From positions 34,038,001 to 34,102,000 of the forward strand of contig NC_047029.1 of NCBI RefSeq assembly GCF_902652985.1: a stretch of DNA of 64,000 bases. The letters are read 5' to 3'. Position numbers and translations under genes: made by a program. Positions 23,496 through 35,950 of the stretch are shown piece after piece (within the stretch, counting starts at the first letter, position 1; each line of letters starts with the position of its first letter). Origin of the DNA: Pecten maximus (lineage: Eukaryota). The notes beneath the pieces were generated by a model. The model ran no database searches. It was given only the letters and a program-made list of their open reading frames with translations, and was not told the origin of the DNA.

Positions 23496-25975
23496 GTCGA
23501 CCTGGATCTCTTGTAAAGTCTGCGTTGACGTCGACCTGGATCTCTTGTAAAGTCTGCGTTGACGTCGACCTGGATATCTTGTAAAGTCTGCGTTGACGTC
23601 GACCTGGATATCTTGTAAAGTCTGCGTTGACGTCGACCTGGATATCTTGTAAAGTCTGCGTTGACGTCGACCTGGATGTCTTGTAAAGTCTGCGTTGACG
23701 TCGACCTGGATATCTTGTAAAGTCTGTGTTGACGTCGACCTGGATCTCTTGTAAAGTCTGCGTTGACGTCGACCTGGATATCTTGTAAAGTCTGCTTTGA
23801 CGTCGACCTGGATCTCTTGTAAAGTCTGCGTTGACGTCGACCTGGATCTCTTGTAAAGTCTGCGTTGACGTCGACCTGGATATCTTGTAAAGTCTGCGTT
23901 GACGTCGACCTGGATATCTTGTAAAGTCTGCGTTGACGTCGACCTGGATATCCTGTAAAGTCTGCGTTGACGTCGACCTGGATCTCTTGTAAAGTCTGCG
24001 TTGACGTCGACCTGGATCTCTTGTAAAGTCTGCTTTGACGTCGACCTGGATATCTTGTAAAGTCTGCGTTGACGTCGATCTGGATCTCTTGTAAAGTCTG
24101 CGTTGACGTCGACCTGGATCTCTTGTAAAGTCTGCTTTGACGTCGACCTGGATATCTTGTAAAGTCTGCGTTGACGTCGACCTGGATATCTTGTAAAGTC
24201 TGCTTTGACGTCGACCTGGATCTCTTGTAAAGTCTGCGTTGACGTCGACCTGGATATCTTGTAAAGTCTGCGTTGACGTCGACCTGGATATCTTGTAAAG
24301 TCTGCGTTGACGTCGACCTGGATATCTTGTAAAGTCTGCGTTGACGTCGACCTGGATCTTTTGTAAAGTCTGCGTTGACGTCGACCTGGATATCTTGTAA
24401 AGTCTGCTTTGACGTCGACCTGGATCTCTTGTAAAGTCTGCGTTGACGTCGACCTGAATCTCTTGTAAAGTCTGCGTTGACGTCGACCTGGATCTCTTGT
24501 AAAGTCTGCGTTGACGTCGACCTGGATATCTTGTAAAGTCTGCTTTGACGTCGACCTGGATATCTTGTAAAGTCTGCGTTGACGTCGACCTGGATCTCTT
24601 GTAAAGTCTGCGTTGACGTCGACCTGGATATCTTGTAAAGTCTGCGTTGACGTCGACCTGGATATCTTGTAAAGTCTGCGTTGACGTCGACCTGGATATC
24701 TTGTAAAGTCTGCGTTGACGTCGACCTGGATATCTTGTAAAGTCTGCGTTGACGTCGACCTGGATATCTTGTAAAGTCTGCGTTGACGTCGACCTGGATA
24801 TCTTGTAAAGTCTGCGTTGACGTCGACCTGGATATCTTGTAAAGTCTGCGTTGACGTCGACCTGGATATCTTGTAAAGTCTGCGTTGACGTCGACCTGGA
24901 TATCTTGTAAAGTCTGCGTTGACGTCGACCTGGATCTCTTGTAAAGTCTGCGTTGACGTCGACCTGGATATCTTGTAAAGTCTGCTTTGACGTCGACCTG
25001 GATATCTTGTAAAGTCTGCGTTGACGTCGACCTGGATCTCTTGTAAAGTCTGCGTTGACGTCGACCTGGATATCTTGTAAAGTCTGCGTTGACGTCGACC
25101 TGGATATCTTGTAAAGTCTGCGTTGACGTCGACCTGGATATCCTGTAAAGTCTGCGTTGACGTCGACCTGGATCTCTTGTAAAGTCTGCGTTGACGTCGA
25201 CCTGGATCTCTTGTAAAGTCTGCTTTGACGTCGACCTGGATATCTTGTAAAGTCTGCGTTGACGTCGACCTGGATCTCTTGTAAAGTCTGCGTTGACGTC
25301 GACCTGGATCTCTTGTAAAGTCTGCTTTGACGTCGACCTGGATATCTTGTAAAGTCTGCGTTGACGTCGACCTGGATATCTTGTAAAGTCTGCTTTGACG
25401 TCGACCTGGATCTCTTGTAAAGTCTGCGTTGACGTCGACCTGGATATCTTGTAAAGTCTGCGTTGACGTCGACCTGGATATCTTGTAAAGTCTGCGTTGA
25501 CGTCGACCTGGATATCTTGTAAAGTCTGCGTTGACGTCGACCTGGATCTCTTGTAAAGTCTGCGTTGACGTCGACCTGGATATCTTGTAAAGTCTGCTTT
25601 GACGTCGACCTGGATCTCTTGTAAAGTCTGCGTTGACGTCGACCTGAATCTCTTGTAAAGTCTGCGTTGACGTCGACCTGCATCTCTTGTAAAGTCTGCG
25701 TTGACGTCGACCTGGATATCTTGTAAAGTCTGCTTTGACGTCGACCTGGTCTCTTGTAAAGTCTGCGTGACTGTCGACCTGATATCTGTAAAGTCTGCGT
25801 TGACGTCGACCTGGATATCTTGTAAAGTCTGCGTTGACGTCGACCTGGATACTCTTGTAAAGTCTGCGTTTGACGTCGACCGTGATTATCTGTAAAGTCT
25901 GCTGACGTCGACTGATATCTTGTAAAGTGCGTGACGTCGACCGATATCTTGTAAGTCTCTACGTGCTGGATATCT
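23496..25975. repeat. Satellite, 34-bp unit GTCGACCTGGATMTCTTGTAAAGTCTGCKTTGAC, ~72 copies
   Basis: Highly homogeneous tandem array whose right edge decays with single-base deletions. Source of the 865-aa minus-strand ORF. Confidence 0.98.
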
Positions 25976-26165
25976 AATCTCGTATCATATATCTGTGCTG
26001 TGATCACCTGACTGTAATCCTGCCCCTGATCTGTAATTTACTAAAGTTCTAACAGCCGTAATCAATATTCACTCGTGGCTATATTGATTTTCTCGTAGCA
26101 TCGAAATTCATTAATTGAATTTACTGAAATATCTAAGGATAAGATTGTAAAAAAAATTCTCATCT

Positions 26166-26463
26166 GATATTCGGCTGTTTATTACATTTTTTATCAATGA
26201 AAACCCTACCCCGTATACTAACTAGGACTACAGCGATAATTTGTAAACAAAAAAAGTAGTTTCCCCTGTCCAGGTGCTGACATATATGTCGGGCTTTCTG
26301 ATTGGTCAATGATTTTGGTATTTTCTAATCATTGATTTGATTGGTCAAATCAGCAAAAGTGATATTTTTCACTAGTGAAAAATATGATATTTGTCACTAG
26401 TGAAAAATATCACTTTTATAGAATGAATAATTTTTGATATTTCACTGGTAAAAATGTAATAAA
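26166..26463 (+). mobile_element. Partial copy of the long-hairpin dispersed element (3' part only)
   Basis: Near-identical to 37446-37740 and 49903-50169 (TTTATTACATTTTT ... CCCCTGTCCAGGTGCTGACATATATGTCGGGCTTTCTGATTGGTC ... AAAAATGTAATAAA). Confidence 0.85.
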
Positions 26464-26817
26464 TTATGATATTGCTAACAAAACTTTGACTATCGAATAA
26501 ACGTTTGATATGTATGCTGCGGAAGCAGGCATGTTGTTATCAAGGAATGGAAAATCACCTCCGATCTATAGATCGAGTAGCTTTTCCTTTTGACATAAGA
26601 AAAGATCGAGTTAAGAGCTCGATGTGGAAGTATTGTTCTTGATTTTAAGTACCTCTTCTTATATTAAATTAAAATAGGTATTAACTTTTTTTACACACGA
26701 CATATTAAAATAAATACTAAACGTGGAAATGGAGGACTTACAACTTGCTCTGATGATACGAGCACAGCTACCCTCGTAAAATTTCAATCAAGAGAGAAGC
26801 GCCAGCAAATGTCAAAT

Positions 26818-26893
26818 AAGACAGTGCCCAGCTTATGAATACCGGAAGTGACCTTTTGGTCACTTCCGGTATTCATAAGCTGGGCACTGTCTT
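26818..26893. repeat. Perfect inverted repeat, 36-bp arms with TTTT loop
   Basis: AAGACAGTGCCCAGCTTATGAATACCGGAAGTGACC-TTTT-GGTCACTTCCGGTATTCATAAGCTGGGCACTGTCTT. Confidence 0.95.
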
Positions 26894-29138
26894 TCTTTCT
26901 CTTTCTTTATGAGTGGGTTTCATGCAATGACGTTAAAACTGATATGAGTCCAAAGCGGCATATACTTTTGTTTCCATCCGGTTCAAAGTCTGTACAAACT
27001 GGATACGCCATATTAAGTCACACACAGTATCAGACATTGCATGTCCATGTATATACAGCTGATATACATTCTCATCAGCAGGCGAAACTTCTGTGTTGTA
27101 TCATTCCTTTCCATCGAGACATTTAGTTGACACATGGCCGGTGTCTCTACGACCCAGATACATTACGAGTCGTGTGTTTTACTTATGGAAACAGAAAACG
27201 AAGGCATAACGCACGCGAGGTCAGTTATATGCTTCAGCAAGGGCGTAGAGGGCGAAGTAAGACATTCGAGAAGGAAACAAATGGTGTCCTAATTGGTCAT
27301 CTGCTCCGGACTGACAATACGTCCTCAAGGAGATCAGCGTAGATAATGTCGAACACAATACCCAGGAATCAAGTGTATAAAATTGTGATTTGGTCTGTGT
27401 CCATACAATAATTCTGGGAAAAACCAAATCAGGTTCCTTACTGTGTCCGCCTGTAATGTGTGATAAAGACCATTAAGATAACGAATTGTTTTCCTGCGGC
27501 CGTAATAGATTAAATATTATAACTAATGGCCCAACGGTTCAAGATTCCGGAAGATCACTTGACGTAATGCACGCTATCTTTAATTTGTGTCGGTCAACAT
27601 AGAGACGATATTTATAGCTACATTTGATTTGTTTATCACATTGTGTAATGAAACATGAACGTGGTGACATTCAACTTTCTAATACAGGACTACATGTGAT
27701 ATTTACATTGTACTCGAACAGGTTTCTTGGTCTATTTGATGACAGATTATCTTCTCTCTCTCTAACAAGTTGGCGACAGTTTGTTTTCAAGTAGTCACAA
27801 ACAACAGGGGATTAAAGCGAAAACACATTATGGTTTAACGTTGCAATTCGGGATATAAAAATTGGTCTGGGAAAGAGGATGGGTCTGGGAAAGACCAGGA
27901 TATTCATACAAACGGGTCATATACACATAATAAATAAACGTCAATTTGTCTGCCTATTATATATGATTCTGGTATCACATTTTTGGATTCAGCAATAGGT
28001 GACATCCTTTAGACAGGTGGTGTTGGCAGTGTGCCAAATCTTTAAAAACCCAAATCACTTACAAGTACGATAACTGACATTGCGAATAGTCAAGTTACCA
28101 AAGCTATCACGATTCCAACAAATTCAATTAAAGAATGGGTACATAGAAGGGAGCTTCGGCCATAAATGTGAGAGTTTTAATAAAGTTAATTTCCTACACT
28201 GCTTATATTTATTGGATTTTAACGTGTTAATCAATACGTTTCTATGTGATAAAGAACTATCATATGTGCAACAAAATCATTAAATTAGGTTTGGTGACTT
28301 TGCATATACATTATCACATAGCATAACAATAATATTGAATTCGGAAATTTAACATATCCATGATTATTTCTTGAATTAGTATTGAAAATTGATACACGAA
28401 TGTAATATTTACATATAACACAGATATAACATTGTTTACATAATTGTAATATATCTATATAACACTGGTATGACACACCTGTAATGCCTTTATCTTATAT
28501 ACAAACTACTTAATAAGCGGTTATTACATCATTCAAGGCGTAAATTTTATATCCTGCAGACATTTCATGACACCAGCTGAGGTAAGACAGCATCTGTTGA
28601 AGTAAATGTCTTTTGACATTTTTACTTATGCTCATATAATACGGATACCACCGAGAGAAATATAATCTCTCTATACATCATTAAATCCCGCGCGCAAGTT
28701 CACGAGGTTTCTGTGTAACCGGAAGTGTTCGCAGTGGTCTTGTTGTTTTGCAATTAGTCTAATGAGGTCATTATATGGAATATACCTCAATATATACATG
28801 AACAGACTACAGGGCACTCTCTACCTCATTTAGTACATCTCTTGAGCGATGGGAAAGAGGCCGAATCAAGAGTATGCCCTATAGTTTAACTGGGAAGTAA
28901 TTATACTACCCCAGGCTGAATCACGCCCACTCAACTACAGGTTAGAAAGGAAACACATTAATGTGTTCTACCACAAAAAAGAAGATGATCGATATTTTTG
29001 CGGCAATTGATTTTATTTCGATAATTGATTTAAGAAATTTATCTGCTGTGAATCGTACCTTATTGCCAATGAATATTTCAAACAATGATTCAAATTATGG
29101 TGACTGAGATTTCATCAGGGACAAAGTAATTTACGTCC

Positions 29139-29860
29139 TGTTGTTGTTATTGCTACTGGTAGTATTGTTGTTGCTGCTGTTATTGTTGTTGTTTTGATGA
29201 TGTTATTGTTGTTGTTGCTGCTGTTATTGTTGTTGTTTTGATGATGTTATTGTTGCTGTTGTTATTGTTGTTGTTTTGATGATGTTAATGTTGTTGTTGC
29301 TGCTGTTATTGTTGTTGTTTTGATGATGTTATTGTTGCTGTTGTTATTGTTGTTGTTTTGATGATGTTATTGTTGTTGTTGCTGCTGTTATTGTTTTTGT
29401 TTTGATGATGTTATTGTTGCTGTTGCTACTAGTGATCTTATTGTTATTGCTGGTATTATTGTTAATGCTACTAGTGCTATTGTTGTGGTTGATGTTATTG
29501 TTGCTTTTGCTACTTATGCTGTTGTTGTTGTTATAGCTGTTATTGTTGTTGTTTTGTTGCTACTTATGATATGGGTGTTGTTGCTACTAGTGATATCGTT
29601 GTTGCTGCTGCTGCTGCTGTTGTTGTTGTAGCTGCTATTTTTGTTGGTGTTGCTACTCCTGCTATTGTTCTTTTTGCTAATATTTGCTATTGTTGTTGTT
29701 GCTAATATTTGCTATTGTTGTTGTTGCTAATATTTGCTATTGTTGTTGTTGCTACCAGTGATTTAGGTGTTGTTATTATTGTTGTTTGTTCTGTTGTTGT
29801 TGTTGTTGTTGTTGTTATTGTTGTTTGTTCTGTTGTTGTTGGTGGTGGTGGTGTTATTGT
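29139..29860. repeat. Degenerate (GTT/GCT/GAT/ATT)n trinucleotide low-complexity array
   Basis: Directly visible; produces the poly-V and poly-L ORFs at 29709-29985. Confidence 0.95.
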
Positions 29861-30560
29861 CGAGAATAAGCTTCGAAATTGCAGAGTTTAAGATCGGAAC
29901 GTCAGACACACTTGGCTCTGTTTCCCCCTATACTTTGCCAAAGATAAGTGATTATTTTGATTATCGATTTTCTATGATATTGTAGGACAGACTTGCTAAG
30001 TTCATATAAAGATGAATATTGAAGACAATACTGTCATACTCTCACTCACTTTAAAAGCGTTCCTGGTATCTTTAGCACGACAAAGTTTCGAGAATCGCTA
30101 TGTAGGTATTCCTCATGAACTGTTTATTCCAGTTGTGATATTTGGTTTCAAATGAATACTCTCTTGGTAAATTTATTCATTACCTCTAAACAAACGTATG
30201 GTAATAAAACATCCCTAGCAGCTTTACCAACGGCACATTCAATATCTGCATTGTTATGTAAATGATGAACCTAAAGTTTAGGATATTGTATGATTCCAAC
30301 CAATATATTAATACACACCAACTGAATCCAAAAGCTTTAAAAAAAATTCTCAAGAAAGACTTCTTTACGCGTCAAATGGGAATTGTATGTTTCCATTTTA
30401 TTGTGTCTATTGTTTATACATACATCCTTGTATTTACGATATTGTTGTCGTCAGTTCTCGAGTACTCATCTTAAAAAAGTGACCTTACGTACAATTTATT
30501 TTTATTTTCTCAATAAAGGAAATGACGCTGAAAAACAGGAATCCCCCTCCCGGTATCATA

Positions 30561-32079
30561 TACTTGACAATAAAAAGAAACGCCTATTTCAATTAATAAA
30601 TTAATAATATTTAAGATCGTTTGCAATGTTCGTACACAAAATGACCTCAGTATAAAGAAGCACGTTCTATTGTAAAGGACTGTAGAGGGAAAGTCTGTGT
30701 GACGTCATGTACACAGTTGTTGTCAGTAGTCCTTTGAGTTGGCACCCCTTGCACGAAATCCTACATTGACCATATTATGTACGGAAATCATTGGAAAATT
30801 AATTCGCCTCAAGGGATTGGTGTTTCATCCTTCTACCGATGCTACAATCAACTGAACGCGGTAAGCTGGGTGATTCTGACGTTTTCAGATACGACTATCA
30901 AGCTCATCCCAAATATGTTCAATGGAAGACATGTCGGGGTTTTATTTTGAGGCTATTTTGGAGTCTGGACATTTATAGTAATAATACCACGGTAAGCACT
31001 GTATTCGGGCACTGGTTTTCTAAAAAAAGTGAGGTTAAGACGTCTTAGATGTGGTTGGGTGATCTATATCTAACAGCATTGAGGTTTTGGTTCAAGACCA
31101 CTAAGAGGAGATTTACGGCATGGGAGATGCCTCCGGAAACCACTACAGTAGCCCCACCGAATACATCGCGTATAACCAAGCGGGCGTCGGCGAAACTAGA
31201 CTCTAGACTCTAGACTCGTCGGTGAAACTAGACTCTAGACTCTAGACTCTAGACTCGTCGGTGAAACTAGACTCTAGACTCGTCGGTGAAACTAGACTCT
31301 AGACTCTAGACTCGGTGAAACTAGACTCTAGACTCGTCGGTGAAACTAGACTCTAGACTCTAGACTCGTCGGCGAAACTAGACTCTAGACTCTAGACTCG
31401 TCGGCGAAACTATACTCTAGACTCGTCGGTGAAACTAAACTCTAGCTAGACTCGTTGGTGAAAACCTAGCGCCTCCACCGACGCACTCCGAACCTATTCA
31501 AGTAACATATACGCATCCAAACTTGACACACTTGCCAGCTATACATGGTGTCAGAGCTGGGTCGACATAAGGTCGACGCGCAATGATTTTGGTCGGTACC
31601 TTACCGTGGGTGCCTAAGGTATGCGATACGGTCACTGCAGTAGCCTTTAGATATGTTGTACAGGTGCAAAAATCTAATTGACTTGACTTGCGGTTGGTGC
31701 ACGCGGTCGACCGCCCCTGGGACGAGTAATTGTACACCGGGCAGCACCAAACTGTCGCGACGGCAGATAAGCTATGATCATCCACTCACCTCGACTTGCT
31801 CTACCCGTTTGAACTGGTGTCAAGCGTGGCATCTTAGTCAATAGTGACATCGAAATGTCCTCGTGGAAAAAATAATGTTGCTAAACCCAATGTAATCTTG
31901 CCTAACATAATCAGGTCACGTGATATGGAAGAATAAGCTTACAAAGCCAGACAAAACATCGATTTTGGGTTTGTCAAGAAACGAGATCATCAATGCTGTA
32001 TTACATGACTAAAAAGCTCGTTTTTTATTACAAGATGTTTTACATATTGAAACTTTATACGTTTCTTTTTTGTCGATTA
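30561..32079 (-). mobile_element. Decayed near-full-length Tc1 element; transposase pseudogene at 31832-30723
   Basis: TIR-like ends TACTTGACAATAAAAAGAAACG and CGTTTCTTTTTTGTCGATTA. Minus-strand translation: MPRLTPVQ..RQFG..RPRGGRPR..GTHG..IIARRPYV..WRR..FTDESR..FADA..DVFGGATVVVSGGIS..LVVLNQNLNAVRYR..PDMSSIEHIWDELDSRI..ARGANSKDY*. All Tc1 motifs occur in order, with stops and frameshifts. Confidence 0.9.
31185..31468. repeat. Compound minisatellite (GTCGGYGAAAC[TAGACTC]n), ~10 units, inside the Tc1 transposase
   Basis: Units carry a variable number of 7-bp TAGACTC subunits. The reverse complement reads TTC ACC GAC GAG TCT AG (FTDESR). Confidence 0.95.
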
Positions 32080-32640
32080 TTTTATCAATAGCTTCATAAC
32101 ATTTTCATTCGGTTTTTACTTTGATCTCTTTGAACATGTATTACGTACAGTTATCAGTAATCTATATAGAAATACTCTCTTATAATCACAGCTTTTAAGT
32201 TTCATACCATCAGGGAAATTCTATTCCACTGACCTCGTTCTAACGATCTTGATTTAGAATAACGGTTTTGTTTACAAGTCGAATTCTGTATCATTTGAGA
32301 AATGACTCACACATTTACACATTATTTATCAGAGGCAGTGTTCTAAACTTCTCCATTCGTTTTGATAACTCCTGAATAACACAGTGGCTACCAATGTAGT
32401 TTGATTCATATCCCTTCACAGACAACCTCGTCCAGAAACGTATGTTATCTCTTCAAATACATTGAGAAGTTAATGTATAAAACAATTTGTTCCTTCTACA
32501 TCTTGTGAAACCTCACTCTGCAGCCAGATATGAAATGTTTAGCTATATACGGATTTGTGGAATAAGCATAAGATCATGCCTCATCTAGATTATTGCTCTA
32601 CAACTAATTGAGACCAATTGTGTTATCGTTATGGTTGTCG

Positions 32641-32668
<28 letters not shown>
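32641..32668. repeat. Poly-C homopolymer (~28 nt)
   Basis: Directly visible. Confidence 0.9.
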
Positions 32669-32671
<3 letters not shown>

Positions 32672-33030
32672 ATAAAACCGTAAGTTTCGGTTTATTGCCC
32701 GTACAAGCCAAAATAATAATTCTATAGATTAAAATTTGCAGATATACAAACAGTCAAATTAATTTTGACAAATACCGAAAACCAGATTTTGCCTTTTTTT
32801 TTAAATAAACATTTTGTCAGATAGCTCACTTCATCTGATAGCCAGCTGAAGGCATTTTTTATATTGAAAAAATGTTTTAAATCATATATCCCGCGAGAAA
32901 TATCAGGAAAGATAAAGAGAGAAATATCTATTAATTAAAATACTCGTGGTGAGTATCAACACCTAATTGGAGTTCATTTGTGATATCATTGTGTTGACAC
33001 AAATGATATATTTTATGTATTTTGTATTGT

Positions 33031-35950
33031 TTTTAGCTCTCTGGACGTAGTCCAGGAGAGCTTACGCAGTCATTCTCATGTTTTTGCCGGAAGTAGAATT
33101 ATTAAAATTTTGTGGACAGAGGATATCAGAAACAGTGGGAGTGTCAGAATGGATTTCAAGACACATGATTGGGGTCGACACGAACTAGATTTGACAAGAA
33201 ATTTGAGTTGTTAAATGTTTTCATTTTCGAGTAATCGTCAATTTACGGTGTCATTTTGGACATACTCGGTGTCACAGGGACATGCCGAACGTTATTCTGA
33301 GGAGTTATAAGGCAAAGTTCCTATATCAACCAACTGTAATGTGTATATAGTAATGTGCTGCAACACACGTATCCCTGTGCCGCTGCAAAATTTGCTGCTA
33401 TGCGTGTTACTTTATACACATTATGTCGTCTGCTACAGTGTATAGGGTGTCTCGCGAAGTATACGTATACGTCCCTGGCAAACACTGATATGAAACATTA
33501 CTATGTATTCTTAGTAGTTCCAATTGTTTATCTTCTCTCATAATATTAACTTAAAGGGTTTTGGACACATAGGGTATTTTTCCATTTTCTGTTAGCCCGA
33601 CCCCATAAATGTTGGCTGACACAGGTTTTACCTCGCCCTACAAAGCTGTTTATCTATTTTAGGCCAGTAGGGGGATATTGCTGCTGGCTGAAAATTTTTA
33701 ATGAGATAGGTGGTCACGTGGCCCGACGCGTCATCTGGTTCACATCACCAGTATCACTAGGCTAGAATCTGCCTTGTTATATGCATTTATAGAGGGAAAC
33801 TTCAAAAAGCCACATATTATTTTGTAAACCTTGAAAGCAATATGACAGTGAATGTCCTGATTTTATCATCTTACATGTTTAGATTTTCTTTCCACACCTC
33901 ATGTCTGTAATTGTATAATCAAAATAGTAGTCCAGCGGACAATATCATAACCTTGGTAATTTACTAATATCACATGTCATCTGTTTATTTATTTATTTTT
34001 TTTTATTTTAAAAACTCAAACAATGGCATATACACTATAGGTCTACTCAGAGATGTAAATATCACATATATGATATATACATCTCTGGTCTACTATACAG
34101 TGAGGTGACAAAATGATCTCACTTGTGAAGTCTTTTTACGGTGATTAATTTTCCTAGCCTTGTTAACCATTTTATTTTTGGCATAATTTGATAAGATTTT
34201 GTACACTTTTAAGAACATGTTTTACCCTTTCCTGACGTAATATTAACATAAAAATATCCATTTCGTAATTTTGCAAGATAAAGATTTGATAAAAATGCAG
34301 TAGTTTGAAATACAGTTGTCTCATCCTGATGTAATTTAATTAGATAGTACGTAATCAGAAAAACTCATTTTTTTTTATCTGAGACGATACATGGGTTTTT
34401 TAGTTCATTGAACTTTGAGGATTTCCTTTGTACATATTAAATCAAGAATTTTTAAATATTGGTTGAAATTAAAGCGTCCAGATAATTTTTTACTCAAAGC
34501 ATGTTATGATGACATGTTGGAAACTAAAGATCCTTGGATTCTTTATTTAAATCAGTAACTTTGAACTGTCAGTCTTGGGTAAATGCTTGAAGAAATCAGT
34601 TACTGTTCTGATCAATTTTACAGTAATGTATTCAAACATTGTCCTTTTTTGACAATTTCCTTAAAGAATGTTTTATGAAGGTTATGAAGGAAATGTATTT
34701 GATGTGGTGAAAATGCTACGCAGACATTCGTATTGATTTGATTAAAACATATCATTTTAAATACTATAGTATGTTTAAACGTATTCAGTTACTCAAAGTA
34801 GAAAATATAAAAGAACTTAACAATTTAGGAAAATATTTATCACTAGCAAATAAACTAAAGGAAAGATTTATAAGATTTTAATCAGAATATATTCATTTTT
34901 AATGATTATTTCCCTGTTTCCCTGTAACAAATCTGACAAATTAGCTTATTGAATTATAAATCATGTAAGAGTGGATGCCTTTGTCCATTAATGTTATATA
35001 CTATTTTATCCAATAAGTTGTAAAACTTATGGAATAAAGTTGAATTTAATACAGTTGTTTAATGAATAACGGGATCATCACTGGAGTACATGTAACCAAT
35101 TCACTGTTGTAACCCAATATATTAATGTAAAGTATTCCCACATCACAAAACCTTTGGTAGATAGTGTGTAAATAGTGATTTAATGCGACACACATTTGGG
35201 TGTTTATAACGTTAGTTATACTATCATCTCGGCAGTTGTGAACCTGTGACGTAGGAGGCTGACCGACCTCGTTATCAGAATGAAATTTTGCATATAGGTC
35301 AGTTGTCCAGATGGGCCCATGCTGTGCCCTGTATCTCAGCGTGTATATACACAACCCCAGGAGTGTGAGGGTAATTTGACTGGCTTTTCAGAAACTAACC
35401 TATAGACAACTTTAACCTTTTTGTGTCTAAAACCCTTTAATTTCTTGAAAGCATGGGAATGGAGCCCTATCTCCAGAGCTATTACTTAGTAATGAAATAT
35501 GTCCTGTTACCCAGTGTATAGCTTTAAATCACTAATAACTGTTGACAAATGTGTTTTGGGTATAAAATATACCATGTGTAAATATGGTAGATATCAGAAA
35601 TCGGAGAGAATATAGGTTTCTAATTGATTATAGTCATATGCATATGTATTGATGATTTGTATTATGTAGTGATAATATGCAAGCTGAAGCATGTTGCATT
35701 GATACTATATTGATGACCAATTTGACCTGTGACCTTTGATGACTTATAAATGTATATGATTTCTCCAGTCATATACATCGTAAAACGGTGAAAATATTAT
35801 GAGATGAAACAGGAAACAATTCTCTATAAGAGTACAAGATTTCATTTGAAACGATCAATACACAAAATCAAGAAAATTCATTGAAAAAGTTGAAAATACA
35901 TAGAATATATAGTACGTCCAGAGAGCTACGAGGCCCTTGGCCTCTTGTTT
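33031..35950 (+). mobile_element. Non-autonomous Helentron/HINE (DINE-1-like) element, ~2.9 kb
   Basis: Perfect 15-bp subterminal inverted repeats AGCTCTCTGGACGTA (33035-33049) and TACGTCCAGAGAGCT (35913-35927). A 5' palindrome overlaps the subTIR, a 3' hairpin GAGGCC-CTT-GGCCTC follows, both flanks are T-runs, and there is no TSD or coding capacity. Confidence 0.85.

Noticed and set aside
23496-25975. CRISPR array (34-bp, partly palindromic repeat)
   Set aside because: Units are head-to-tail with no unique spacers, there are no cas genes, and the context is a eukaryotic intron. The same applies to the other arrays.
23410-26007. 865-aa ORF as a real protein-coding gene
   Set aside because: It coincides with a 34-bp satellite, has a non-ATG start, cycles through frames, and shows no domain or splice context.
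29709-29985. Hydrophobic poly-V and poly-L ORFs as membrane proteins
   Set aside because: They are translations of a GTT-type microsatellite.
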